A stretch of 64,000 bases of DNA from an uncultured Candidatus Saccharibacteria bacterium (GTDB taxonomy: Bacteria; Patescibacteriota; Dojkabacteria; B142; OLB20), in the NCBI GenBank assembly GCA_964461915.1, contig CAYWVD010000001.1:565911-629910 (forward strand), read 5' to 3'. Every line of letters starts with the position of its first letter. The first letter of the stretch is position 1. A model generated the notes under the pieces. That model saw only the letters and a list, made by a program, of their open reading frames with translations. It searched no databases and had not been told where the DNA came from. This document shows, in pieces, positions 38,646 to 48,500 of the stretch. The position numbers were made by a program, and so were the translations under genes.

Positions 38646-40112
38646 ATGAGAAAACACAAAATAAAAACAAGTCTATATCTCTTTATTGCTTCGATATTCG
38701 TATTCGTAGCTACTGCTATTGCGATTATTATATCACAAGGCGGTTCGGTTACAGAAACAGGCGTTCAAACCAATATGGGTGTTTTAAGAATTAATATTTA
38801 CCCGGAAAATACTAATTATTCTCTTTATGTAGATGATGTAGCTGTCGAAAACATTATTAACAAGGGTGTTAATTTACCATCTGGCATTAAAGATATTAGG
38901 ATTGAATCTGTTGGAATGAATTCTTGGAAGAAGAAGGTCGAAATTCAGGAAGGAATTGTTAAAGATATATTTGTTAAGCTCTTCCCTACAGAATTAAAAC
39001 TAGAACAAGTAACCAATACAAATGTTTCTAAAATGGTATTTTCTCAAAATGGTGATTATCTATTCTACACCGTAGAAAACAATCCCATTCTAACTGAAAA
39101 TGGTATTTGGAGGCTTCAAATTGAAAATAATAACTTGTTCATCTTTAATACTAATCAAAACTTAATCAAATTTGCAGAACTTAATGATGAATTAAAGCTA
39201 ATGCTAAATGATGAAAAGGTCTCATTAATACCCAGTCCCGACAATAACAAAATGCTTGTAATTTCTCCTCTGAATCAAAAAATAACCTTATTAAATAATG
39301 CTTTAGGGAATGAGGCATTGAAATCGATTGATATAGTAAACTTATTGGGATTTTTTCCAGAATCAATAGACTGGTTAAATGATTCAATTAGTATGGTTGT
39401 TAAGGACAAGACTACTCTTTTTGAATATAATTTAACAAATAATAAAACGACATTAATCAAATATTCCCAAAAAGCAAGTTTGGTATACGGCCATAATGAA
39501 GCTCAGCTTATCTGGTTTGATCCAATTGGAAAATCTTTAAATATTTATAAAAACGAATCAAATCAAGGAATAATTTTCCCTAATGATGTAATTTTTAATA
39601 ACATTTCTCAAATATATTTACCAGAAAAATCTTCAAGATATGCACTAATATCAGACTCTAATGAATTTCTATTTATTGATCTAGAGAAAAAGACTGTACA
39701 AAAAACGGGTCTAGCATCAGATTCAAACGAATTATTTAGCATTAGCCCCGATGCAACAACATATTTATTTAAAACTGTTTCGGGTGGTATTATTTCACTT
39801 GTTGCAAGAGAAAATATTGCATTACAAAAAATTGAGATGAATTTATATAATTTCGAAGATCCTCAGGTAGTTAATGATAAAATCGCTTTCACTCCTAAAG
39901 ATTCAACTATTCTAACCTATTCCGATTCTTTAAAATCAATTTTCTCTTCTGACCAAGATGGTACTAATAAAAATTTGATAATAAATAATGAGAATATTAA
40001 ACCATTTTTCAACACCGATTCTAGACTTGAAAATTTGTATTTGTTAATGAATGATGGCCAGGAGGAATTATCCAATGCAAACATCTATAAGATTAATCTA
40101 TTACTCGATTAA
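38646..40112 (+). CDS. Membrane-anchored protein with PEGA-like domain and predicted beta-propeller (TolB-like) region
   Basis: N-terminal TM. PEGA-like beta-sandwich segment (LRINIYPENTNYSLYVDDVAV...GIKDIRIESVGMNSWKK). The remainder is beta-rich repeats. Confidence 0.4.
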   Translation: MRKHKIKTSLYLFIASIFVFVATAIAIIISQGGSVTETGVQTNMGVLRINIYPENTNYSLYVDDVAVENIINKGVNLPSGIKDIRIESVGMNSWKKKVEIQEGIVKDIFVKLFPTELKLEQVTNTNVSKMVFSQNGDYLFYTVENNPILTENGIWRLQIENNNLFIFNTNQNLIKFAELNDELKLMLNDEKVSLIPSPDNNKMLVISPLNQKITLLNNALGNEALKSIDIVNLLGFFPESIDWLNDSISMVVKDKTTLFEYNLTNNKTTLIKYSQKASLVYGHNEAQLIWFDPIGKSLNIYKNESNQGIIFPNDVIFNNISQIYLPEKSSRYALISDSNEFLFIDLEKKTVQKTGLASDSNELFSISPDATTYLFKTVSGGIISLVARENIALQKIEMNLYNFEDPQVVNDKIAFTPKDSTILTYSDSLKSIFSSDQDGTNKNLIINNENIKPFFNTDSRLENLYLLMNDGQEELSNANIYKINLLLD

Positions 40113-40135
40113 TGATATAATCAAAGAGATTTAAT

Positions 40136-40212
40136 GCACTAGTAGCTCAGACGGATAGAGCGAGGCACTCCTAACGCCTAGGCCAGAGGTTCGACTCCTC
40201 TCTAGTGCACCA
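40136..40212 (+). tRNA. tRNA-Arg (anticodon CCT)
   Basis: Acceptor GCACTAG/CTAGTGC, anticodon loop CTCCTAA, T-loop TTCGACT, encoded CCA. Confidence 0.85.
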
Positions 40213-40250
40213 TTTAATGAAAATAATCCCCTTTTATTTACGAATCTGTT

Positions 40251-40850
40251 TTATTTAGCTAAGCGCCCTTTGACGCCGCTAAAGTGGGCTGATAATACAT
40301 CGTAATCAAAAAGCTCCTGATTACCAAACCAAAGAGCAATTTCTTCTTTGGCTTCGGCAACTTCCCCTGATGCGTGCATTATATTGTAAAGTGGTCTCTT
40401 TTGTTCGTTTGCAAATTCTACACTGTCTGTTCCGAAGTCACCTCTTATCGTCCCTGGGACTGCGATGGCGGGTATAGTATCTCCAGCGAGCTTTCTACCA
40501 ACCATGACAGCATTTGGACCTTCAAAAACCATTGCCATTACTGGACCAAAGTTAAGGTATTCTACTAACCATTTTTTGATTAGTTTCCCAATTTCAATTG
40601 CATCAGATGTACCAAGAAGCATATTAGAATCTAACCCTCTTTCGGTATATTCTTTTAAAGTTCTTTCTCCAACTTTTGTGAACCACTTCTCGGTCACTGG
40701 ATAATGACTATCGCCCATATCTTGGGTTGATTGGATCAATTCCATTGCTACTATTTTTAAACCAACTCGTTCAAATCGAGCAATAACTTCACCAATAAGA
40801 CCTCTAGCGACTCCATCATGTTTTACTATTATTAAGGTTTTTTCGGACAT
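40251..40850 (-). CDS. ndk: Nucleoside diphosphate kinase, long form with about 45-aa insertion
   Basis: IVKHDGVARGLIGEVIARFE, catalytic His context NIMHASGEVAEAKEEIALWF, TIRGDFG. Confidence 0.8.
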   Translation of the reverse strand: MSEKTLIIVKHDGVARGLIGEVIARFERVGLKIVAMELIQSTQDMGDSHYPVTEKWFTKVGERTLKEYTERGLDSNMLLGTSDAIEIGKLIKKWLVEYLNFGPVMAMVFEGPNAVMVGRKLAGDTIPAIAVPGTIRGDFGTDSVEFANEQKRPLYNIMHASGEVAEAKEEIALWFGNQELFDYDVLSAHFSGVKGRLAK

Positions 40851-40873
40851 TTTAATAAATTTAGAAAAATAAT

Positions 40874-41476
40874 TTAAATCATTCCAATATAATCTACCCG
40901 CTTATAATCTCCAAGGTATTTAAACTTGTCGCCAAACCAATGTTTAATTTCTCTGTCAGCCTCTTCTTTTGAATCTGATCTATGAACAAGTGTTTTAAAA
41001 ACTATTCGGCCAGATTTTACGGCCATTTTGGGAGTATCGAATCCATAATCCCCCCTAACTGAACCAATATCGGCAGTCAAAGGATTAGTTTCACCCATTA
41101 ATTTTGCAATGATATCTACTGCATTGTTACCCTCCCAAACACTTATTATTACCGGTCCTTCTGTTAAATAATCAACTAAAGATTTGTAAACTATTTTCCC
41201 AATTTCTAATAAATCTGTAGTCCCGAGGTCTTCTAATAAGGCTTTTTCGTCTCCTTTATAGTTTGTAAAAGTCTTTTCTCCCATTTTGTATAGCCATTGA
41301 TCGGTTCCTGGATAGTTCCCTTTTGCCTGTTCTCTTGTAGCCCAAATCATTCTTGTGGCAACTACTTTTAATCCCATTCTCTCAACCCTTTTAAAAATAT
41401 CTCCTACAAGTCCCCTTTTTACGCCGTCAGGCTTTATCATTAAAAATGTTTGCTCTATAGAATCAATTTTTTTCAT
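40874..41476 (-). CDS. ndk: Nucleoside diphosphate kinase paralog, long form with the same insertion
   Basis: FLMIKPDGVKRGLVGDIFKRVE, SVRGDYG, LVHRSDSKEEADREIKHWF. Confidence 0.8.
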   Translation of the reverse strand: MKKIDSIEQTFLMIKPDGVKRGLVGDIFKRVERMGLKVVATRMIWATREQAKGNYPGTDQWLYKMGEKTFTNYKGDEKALLEDLGTTDLLEIGKIVYKSLVDYLTEGPVIISVWEGNNAVDIIAKLMGETNPLTADIGSVRGDYGFDTPKMAVKSGRIVFKTLVHRSDSKEEADREIKHWFGDKFKYLGDYKRVDYIGMI

Positions 41477-42111
41477 AATTTTTTAATAATTTTAAATTCA
41501 ATTAATTTTTTAATAATATTTTCTTTAACTTCATCGATTGTGCCATTTCCGTCTACTATAATCCATTTACCAAAAATATTATTCTTAGCTAAATAATGAA
41601 AGCTCTCACGAATTTTATGTTGTTTTTCGAGATCTCTTTCATTAATATCCAACCCCTCATTGTGGCCTTCCTCCTTGGATTTCCGCTTTAATGCGATTTC
41701 TGGTAATACATCAATGTAGATATTATAATCCGCTTCATTAATTTTAAAAGCTTTAGCAAAATTTATCGCTTCTTTAAAATCAATACTATTTTTCACTAGG
41801 CAATTGTACACAATGTTTGTTGTAAAATAGCCATCACAAAGGAAGAAACTCTTCTTAGAACCTTTAGCTAATTTTATTTTGTCTTGTAATAATAACTGAT
41901 CAAGAGCAAAGCTAATAAATAAACTCTCTGGAGATAATTTAATCTTTTCTAATAAATACGGCTTAATGTACTCTTTGTATAAACATCCTTGATGATCGGG
42001 AAATTCCATGCTCTCAACTTGAATATCTTTGAGAGTCTTCAAATATTCGGTAAGCTCTATACGCTGGCGACCTTTGCCAGCTCCGTCTATGCCTTCTAGG
42101 ACTAAAAACAT
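41473..42111 (-). CDS. tmk: Thymidylate kinase
   Basis: P-loop FLVLEGIDGAGKGRQ. dTMP kinase length. 4-nt overlap with the downstream ndk. Confidence 0.85.
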   Translation of the reverse strand: MFLVLEGIDGAGKGRQRIELTEYLKTLKDIQVESMEFPDHQGCLYKEYIKPYLLEKIKLSPESLFISFALDQLLLQDKIKLAKGSKKSFFLCDGYFTTNIVYNCLVKNSIDFKEAINFAKAFKINEADYNIYIDVLPEIALKRKSKEEGHNEGLDINERDLEKQHKIRESFHYLAKNNIFGKWIIVDGNGTIDEVKENIIKKLIEFKIIKKL

Positions 42112-42158
42112 ATATAAGCTTTTAAATTTGAATGTATTTTAACATAAAAAAATTATTT

Positions 42159-43040
42159 TTAATCAAATTTTTGCTTAAAAGCTAAAATATACGAGCAAAA
42201 GTATTTACATTTATATGAACTATAAGTCCTAATCTCGTTATTATTGATTATAAATATTTGTGTACCAGCCTCGTCAGTCCTAAATGTCTTTACTTTCATT
42301 TTTTTCAATTTATCTATTACATTCGAACTTGGATGGCCATAACTATTTTTTCCAACAGAAATGATTGAATATTCGGGCGTGATTGAATTTAAAAACAATT
42401 CGCTCGTACTGGTATTACTTCCGTGATGACTAACTTTCAAAATATCAATATCCCCTATCTGTTTTAATGATTCCTCTATTTTAATTGGACTATCTCCCCC
42501 AAAAAAGATATCGATTGAACCATAAGTTAACTTTAAAGCTAATGAAGAACTATTAGAATCAGTCTCTTTAATATTTTCAATTGGCCATAACCATTCAATC
42601 TTTACGCAACATCCGACTTTAGAGAACTGACCAGCAACAGGAGAAAAGCTCGAAAATTTTGAAAATGTTTGAACCCAATCGTTATTCATGTCCGGATCCA
42701 TAGGATTATAGGCAATCATTTTAATTGCGTAGTTATTCATAAGTTTTTTTAAAGATCCTATGTGATCGCTATCAAAATGGCTAATAATCATTAAATCAAT
42801 TGTGTTCTTACCAATCGGAAAATATCTTGCTAATTCATCTAAAGAAGATAAGTTAGGAGGACCTGTATCTATTAAAATTATTTTTTTATCCTGAGTTATT
42901 ATTAAAGTTGAATCCCCTTGCCCAACATCTAATGACACCATATAAAAAGCTGGATCTATCTGCACAAAAATAATTTCGTACAGAAAGACACAAGTTATAA
43001 TTAGAATTAATATATTTTTTACTTTTAATAAATTCTTCAT
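42159..43040 (-). CDS. comEC: ComEC C-terminal part: terminal TM plus metallo-beta-lactamase nuclease domain
   Basis: SLDVGQGDSTLII, HFDSDHIG, VSHHGS. Its ATG directly follows the TAA of the upstream ORF in the same frame. Confidence 0.8.
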   Translation of the reverse strand: MKNLLKVKNILILIITCVFLYEIIFVQIDPAFYMVSLDVGQGDSTLIITQDKKIILIDTGPPNLSSLDELARYFPIGKNTIDLMIISHFDSDHIGSLKKLMNNYAIKMIAYNPMDPDMNNDWVQTFSKFSSFSPVAGQFSKVGCCVKIEWLWPIENIKETDSNSSSLALKLTYGSIDIFFGGDSPIKIEESLKQIGDIDILKVSHHGSNTSTSELFLNSITPEYSIISVGKNSYGHPSSNVIDKLKKMKVKTFRTDEAGTQIFIINNNEIRTYSSYKCKYFCSYILAFKQKFD

Positions 43041-44279
43041 TTATAATTTGGCAGAAGCATCAATAATAAGTAATAACAATTGGAGCAAAGCATCTGTGAA
43101 CCTAATAATTAATATTAAAAAAGGCATTTTTAACATAGAAAATATTACCGAAATCATCCCGGACACCATCACCAAAGGTATTATTGGGACAACTAATACA
43201 TTTGCAAGGATTCCTTTAATTGTTAATCCGCTCCCCAAATAAATCGATACCGGAAGAATCCCAATTGAACAAAAAAAAGTTACCAAAGCACTAGAAAGTA
43301 CCCAGTTTTCAATTACCAGATCTAGTTTATTGTAAATTGACTCTAAGAAAATTAGTCCCAATGTGGCTAAAAAAGAAAGCTTAAGACTGATACTAAAAAC
43401 CAATGCCGGATCGATCATTAATATAATAAAAAGCGCCATTCCCCATATATTCAAATAAGAAGATCTTCTACCCAGAAATAGTGCGCAAGACCTTAAACCA
43501 TGCATCAATAATGCTCTCAGACAAGGGATATTATCAAAGCCAACTATGCAATAAAAAATTATTAAGACCAAAAAAATTAATATACTTAATTTTTTCCGAG
43601 GTAATACAACTAAAAATATAGTCAAAAACTCTGCTAGAAGGTTCAAATTGAAACCAGATACGGCGATAATATGATTTGTATTGGTAATTTTAAATGATTC
43701 TTCTAGATCATCAGAGAATTCGGTATCTACACCAATTAAAAGCCCTGACAGCAAATCTGCAACTTGGCCATGATAATTTTTGTTAATCTCAGAAAGAATT
43801 TTATAATGAAATCTACTTAGATATGTTAATGGCCCATTCCCCTTGCGATCAATTTTAATTTCAGGATTATTAATAACCCCGTTGATATGCTGAGAAAAAA
43901 AATAGTCATTTTTTAAGTCAGTTAATTTGAGCTCCCCTTTAATATTTAAAACATCCCCAACATCAAAATAGTTTGCCTTAAAGTTTTCAACTTTTATCAG
44001 GATTATTTTTTCTTCATAACTCCATTCTTTTACCTTAAAGCTTATTTTAGAATTTTTAAATTTTGCATAACTTATAACCTCATATTTACCTGAAAATTTG
44101 ATTGGATCTATATTATTATTAGGAGTTGAATTTGATCGACTAGAGTTTAATATTATGAATATAATCAGGTAAGATGCCAGCCCCATGATTAAAAAAAGAT
44201 ACTTCCGAAACCAACCATAGAGAATTGATCCGAATATATTAAGCTTTTTATAGAATTGCTTTTGATTGAAGTTCTTCAA
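43041..44279 (-). CDS. comEC: ComEC N-terminal part: DUF4131 plus polytopic competence channel domain
   Basis: Multi-TM competence-domain architecture. Ends in TAA at 43041-43043, followed in frame by ATG. Confidence 0.75.
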   Translation of the reverse strand: MKNFNQKQFYKKLNIFGSILYGWFRKYLFLIMGLASYLIIFIILNSSRSNSTPNNNIDPIKFSGKYEVISYAKFKNSKISFKVKEWSYEEKIILIKVENFKANYFDVGDVLNIKGELKLTDLKNDYFFSQHINGVINNPEIKIDRKGNGPLTYLSRFHYKILSEINKNYHGQVADLLSGLLIGVDTEFSDDLEESFKITNTNHIIAVSGFNLNLLAEFLTIFLVVLPRKKLSILIFLVLIIFYCIVGFDNIPCLRALLMHGLRSCALFLGRRSSYLNIWGMALFIILMIDPALVFSISLKLSFLATLGLIFLESIYNKLDLVIENWVLSSALVTFFCSIGILPVSIYLGSGLTIKGILANVLVVPIIPLVMVSGMISVIFSMLKMPFLILIIRFTDALLQLLLLIIDASAKL

Positions 44280-44865
44280 GTGCGCTTTGCCTAATACCCG
44301 TCTTGGCCTTTAATTCTTCCCAGCTTGAGAAAGGACGGTTTTTAATTATTTTATCGGCAGTAACTTTACCAATACCGTTAATATCTTCTAATTCTGAATT
44401 ATTTGCATTATTGATATAGAATTTGTTGCTATTACCTGTTGGTATTAAGCCACCAGGAACTGCACTTGCATTTAGGCCTTTGGGTGGTATATAAATCTTA
44501 AGTTCTGGAATAACCTTTTTTGAAAGAGATACAAATTGATGCACATAAGTAATATCAGCATTTTCGGTATAGCCACCAGCCAATTCAATTGCTTGAAATA
44601 CTAAAATTTGATTTGAGACTTCAAAAACTCCTGGATTTTTAACTTCTCCCAAGACTTCGATATAAAATTCCGTTTGAATAATTGTTGGCATTGGCGTGTT
44701 TGATGAGTTAGTGGGCAATACTTCTGACTGACTGGATATTACAAAGTTATCGGTGACTGGCATCAAACTTTGTAAATTATTGGAATATAATAATACTAAC
44801 GCTAGAGAGACTATTATTAGGATAAATATGATTTTATTTTTGTTTTCTTGAAGTTTTTTTATCAT
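44248..44865 (-). CDS. comEA: Competence protein ComEA (SLBB plus tandem helix-hairpin-helix DNA-binding domain)
   Basis: N-terminal TM. C-terminal HhH (ELEDINGIGKVTADKIIKNRPFSSWEELKAKTGI). Confidence 0.8.
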   Translation of the reverse strand: MIKKLQENKNKIIFILIIVSLALVLLYSNNLQSLMPVTDNFVISSQSEVLPTNSSNTPMPTIIQTEFYIEVLGEVKNPGVFEVSNQILVFQAIELAGGYTENADITYVHQFVSLSKKVIPELKIYIPPKGLNASAVPGGLIPTGNSNKFYINNANNSELEDINGIGKVTADKIIKNRPFSSWEELKAKTGIRQSALEELQSKAIL

Positions 44866-44900
44866 AAGGAGATTTTATTTCAAACCTCCTTAAATTTTCC

Positions 44901-45674
44901 TTAATTCTCGTAAGTTACTTCCACGCTGTATAAAACTAGTCTGTCTGGTCTTGGATCTTGATTTTCAATAGTCTTTGTCGGCATTGTGTTTATCTCGTTT
45001 AGGACAGAAAATCCGCCTATTACATGGGCAAAAACAGTATGCTTCCCATCCAAATTATCGAGCCTAGGATCATCATTTTCCGCCAAGACGATGAAGAACT
45101 GGCTACCTGAGGTATTGGGCCCATTTGAGGCCATTGCAACTGAATATTTACCCAGTTTTTCGGAAGATATCGAAACAGAACTTTTGTAACCATCTTTTTT
45201 TAAGGATTCTTTTTTATCGTCACTGTAATCCAAACTATCCCAATTGATTTCATCGTCGATTGTATAACCTGGGCCACCAAATGCATCATCAAAAGTATCC
45301 CTAGTCATTGTATTCCTACTCCCACCCTGCACAAGTAGATCTTTGATCAATCTGTGGAACTCGAGATTCTTATAATAGCCTTGATTTGAAAGATATATGA
45401 AATTGCCAACAGTATTTGGAGCTTGTTTCTCTAGTAAATCAATCTCAATGACCCCCTTATTAGTCTTCAAAGTCGCTTTATAATCGAAATTGGGATTAAT
45501 ATCAACTTTTTGTTTTTTTAACAAAAAAGTATCCCCTTTTACATATCCAAAAGGAAATCCAGAATACATAAAAGAAGATTTACTAAAACCATCCCTCAAT
45601 GTTCCAAAAATTATAAAGAACAAAATCACTATTCCAATTAAAAACAACCAAAAATCTCGGTTTTCTTTAAACAT
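44901..45674 (-). CDS. ppiB: Cyclophilin-type peptidyl-prolyl cis-trans isomerase, membrane anchored
   Basis: FHRLIKDLLVQGG, SQFFIVLAEN, HTVFAHVIGG. Confidence 0.85.
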   Translation of the reverse strand: MFKENRDFWLFLIGIVILFFIIFGTLRDGFSKSSFMYSGFPFGYVKGDTFLLKKQKVDINPNFDYKATLKTNKGVIEIDLLEKQAPNTVGNFIYLSNQGYYKNLEFHRLIKDLLVQGGSRNTMTRDTFDDAFGGPGYTIDDEINWDSLDYSDDKKESLKKDGYKSSVSISSEKLGKYSVAMASNGPNTSGSQFFIVLAENDDPRLDNLDGKHTVFAHVIGGFSVLNEINTMPTKTIENQDPRPDRLVLYSVEVTYEN

Positions 45675-48310
45675 TACTTAATAATAAAATTTATTATTTT
45701 GTCTTTAACAAAGATAACCTTTAAGACCCTTGCAGTAGACAAATACGCATGGATCTTCGGATCTTTTTCGGCTATTTTTTGAACTTCATTTTGGTCTAGC
45801 CCTTTATCGATTAACACTACAGATCGTAGCCTTCCATTAATCTGTATTGGCATTTTGAATTTATCTGTCACCAATTTTGATTCATCGTAACTTGGCCATT
45901 TTTCATTGTGAATACTAGGCTCATAGCCCAATAATGCCCAAAATTCTTCAGCTAAAAATGGCATAAATGGTGCTAATATCAATGCAAATTTTGTAAGGCA
46001 ATCTTTCTTGGTTTTATAGTCCAGGTTAACTTGTACATCGCTGTACCAATTAACAAATTCCATAATCCTTGCAACAGCAGTATTGAATTTTAATTCTTCA
46101 AGATCATCACCCACCATTTTGACGGTTTTATGGATCATGGAAATATCCTGATCCTTGTTCGTACTAATATTTGAATCTTTTTCCTTTGAAAAATTCACAA
46201 AAATTTTATTGACCTTGTTTACGAATTTAGCCATACCAAACATTCCGGAGTCTCTCCAATCACCGGATGAATCAAAAGGACCGATAAATCGAAGGTACAT
46301 TCTAACCGAATCTGCACCGAACTTACCTATGAATTCATCAGGATTTACAATATTTCCCTTTGATTTGCTCATTTTAGCTCCATCCTTAGTTATAAGACCG
46401 TGCCCAATGAATTTTTTAAAAGGTTCTTCGAAATCTAAATATCCCAAATCATGGAAAACCATTGTAATAAAGCGAGCATATAACAGATGCAAGACTGTAT
46501 GTTCCTTTCCACCAATATATGAACTAACAGGTCCCCATTTCTTCATCCTTTGAATAAGTTCTTCCTGTTTATCTTTAGTAATTTGAGGATCAAACAGTGA
46601 TTTTTTATTCTTAAAGTTCCCTCCAAATGGGACATTATCAAATTCTGTGAACGGGAATCTTAAGAAATACCAGCAAGAATCGACAAATGGATCCGACACA
46701 TCCGTCTCTCGAAAAGCACTTTTACCACAATGAGGACAATCCACATTCACAAAAGAAGATTCTCTTGATAGTGGCCCCCTTCCAGATCCATCTGGTTTAA
46801 TTTTTTCAAAATCTTCAATATCAGGAAGTTCAACTGGCAAATTTTCATCCGGGAACCAACCTTTCATTGTATCTATCAACTCGTTTAATTCATCTTTTTC
46901 GATATTTTTAGATGCAGAATTATCAGTATTAAACCAACTCAAGCCCTTACTAGCACACTCTTTACAAAAAATCAGTGGAATTGGGGGGCCCCAATATCTT
47001 TGTCTACTAACACACCAATCTCTCAAATTATAATTAATTATTCTCTTGCCCAGAGCCTTTTCTTCAATATAATCCATTATTTTAACAGTGGCGTCTTTGA
47101 TATTTAATCCATTAAGGAAATCGGAATTAATCATAATTCCATCATCTTCTTGGACATCCTCTATCTTTTCAATTGGACTAGTCCTCCCATTTTCACTAAC
47201 TACTCTGATTATCGGAAGATTAAATTTTTTCGCAAACTCAAAGTCTCTTGTGTCATGCCCAGGAACCCCGACAACAGCACCTGTGCCAAAATGACCTAAA
47301 ACGAAGTCCGATATATAAATTGGAAGTTCTTTGTTATTCAGGTTATTAATTGCATAAAGTCCTGTAAACACACCTGTTTTTTCTTTTCCTAAAGCTATTC
47401 TTTCTTGGTCAGATCGTGAAGTAGACTCCTCAACATAAGTCTTAATCTCCTCGATTACAGATTTTTTAACAATATAATTACCCTTAATAATGGAATTTAC
47501 AAGTTCATGTTCTGGTGCAATAACTATGAATGTAGCTCCAAAATTTGTATCTGGTCTGGTAGTAAAACAAGTGACAAAAGCATCTGAATCTTTAACCTTG
47601 TAGGTAATATTAATACCCTCCTTTTTACCGATCCAATTTTTCTGACCTAATTTTACATCATCGACCCAATCAATCTTTTTTAAATTCTCATAAAGTCGAT
47701 CTGCATATTTAGTTATTTTGAAAAACCATTGTTCTAAGGGCTTAGATTCGACTTTAGTTGAACATCTTTCGCATCTATCATCTATGACTTGCTCATCAGA
47801 AACAACAGTTTTACAACTTGGACAATATTTTACATTGGCCTCTTTTCTATAAGCCAATCCAGCTTTAAAAAATTGCGAAAAAAGCCATTGAGTCCATTTA
47901 TAATATTCGGGCGAACTAGTCTCCAAGAAAGCACTCCAATCATGCATATTACCCATTTGATGGAATTGTTCTGTAAAATGCTTGTGAGTCCTTTTAGAAA
48001 CACTTTTTATGTGTTCACCGATCTTTAAAGCATAGTTTTCGCTGTGTATACCAAATGCATCAAGACCGATAGGTTCAAAAACATCAAAGCCCTTCATCTT
48101 TTTATATCTTCCAAAGGTATCGATTCCAGTAAAGGTAAACATACTGCCTATATGAAGCCCTTCAGCCGATGGATATGGAAACATCATGAGGTTATAGAAT
48201 GGATTTTTAGCATTCTGAAGATCAACTTTATACACAGACTTTTCATTCCAGTATTTTTGCCATTTGGCCTCAATACTTGCAAATTTATTGACAGTATTAG
48301 CTTCCATCAT
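45674..48310 (-). CDS. leuS: Leucyl-tRNA synthetase
   Basis: HIGH (HIGSMFTFTGIDTF) and KMSKS (AKMSKSKGN) motifs. 878 aa with a CP1 editing domain. Confidence 0.95.
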   Translation of the reverse strand: MMEANTVNKFASIEAKWQKYWNEKSVYKVDLQNAKNPFYNLMMFPYPSAEGLHIGSMFTFTGIDTFGRYKKMKGFDVFEPIGLDAFGIHSENYALKIGEHIKSVSKRTHKHFTEQFHQMGNMHDWSAFLETSSPEYYKWTQWLFSQFFKAGLAYRKEANVKYCPSCKTVVSDEQVIDDRCERCSTKVESKPLEQWFFKITKYADRLYENLKKIDWVDDVKLGQKNWIGKKEGINITYKVKDSDAFVTCFTTRPDTNFGATFIVIAPEHELVNSIIKGNYIVKKSVIEEIKTYVEESTSRSDQERIALGKEKTGVFTGLYAINNLNNKELPIYISDFVLGHFGTGAVVGVPGHDTRDFEFAKKFNLPIIRVVSENGRTSPIEKIEDVQEDDGIMINSDFLNGLNIKDATVKIMDYIEEKALGKRIINYNLRDWCVSRQRYWGPPIPLIFCKECASKGLSWFNTDNSASKNIEKDELNELIDTMKGWFPDENLPVELPDIEDFEKIKPDGSGRGPLSRESSFVNVDCPHCGKSAFRETDVSDPFVDSCWYFLRFPFTEFDNVPFGGNFKNKKSLFDPQITKDKQEELIQRMKKWGPVSSYIGGKEHTVLHLLYARFITMVFHDLGYLDFEEPFKKFIGHGLITKDGAKMSKSKGNIVNPDEFIGKFGADSVRMYLRFIGPFDSSGDWRDSGMFGMAKFVNKVNKIFVNFSKEKDSNISTNKDQDISMIHKTVKMVGDDLEELKFNTAVARIMEFVNWYSDVQVNLDYKTKKDCLTKFALILAPFMPFLAEEFWALLGYEPSIHNEKWPSYDESKLVTDKFKMPIQINGRLRSVVLIDKGLDQNEVQKIAEKDPKIHAYLSTARVLKVIFVKDKIINFIIK

Positions 48311-48481
48311 AAAATAGTTGAAAATATGCCTTAATTATAATACTTTTGATGTTTTTCTTCTATATTTAGACTACCTTAGTTTGAGGCTTTTGATATATAT
48401 TTTTAATCCCCAAGTTATCCATGCACTCAGCCTATTTGGTACGCATATTTTGTTCCACGAAATTCTATCGTAAAAACACAA

Positions 48482-48500
48482 ATGTAAAAACTTTTTACAT
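48482..48500. repeat. Perfect 19-bp AT palindrome ATGTAAAAACTTTTTACAT with extra GTAAAAAC copy upstream
   Basis: Seen directly in sequence. Lies 57 nt downstream of the HD gene and 172 nt upstream of leuS, both on the minus strand. Followed by a T-rich stretch on the minus strand. Confidence 0.3.
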
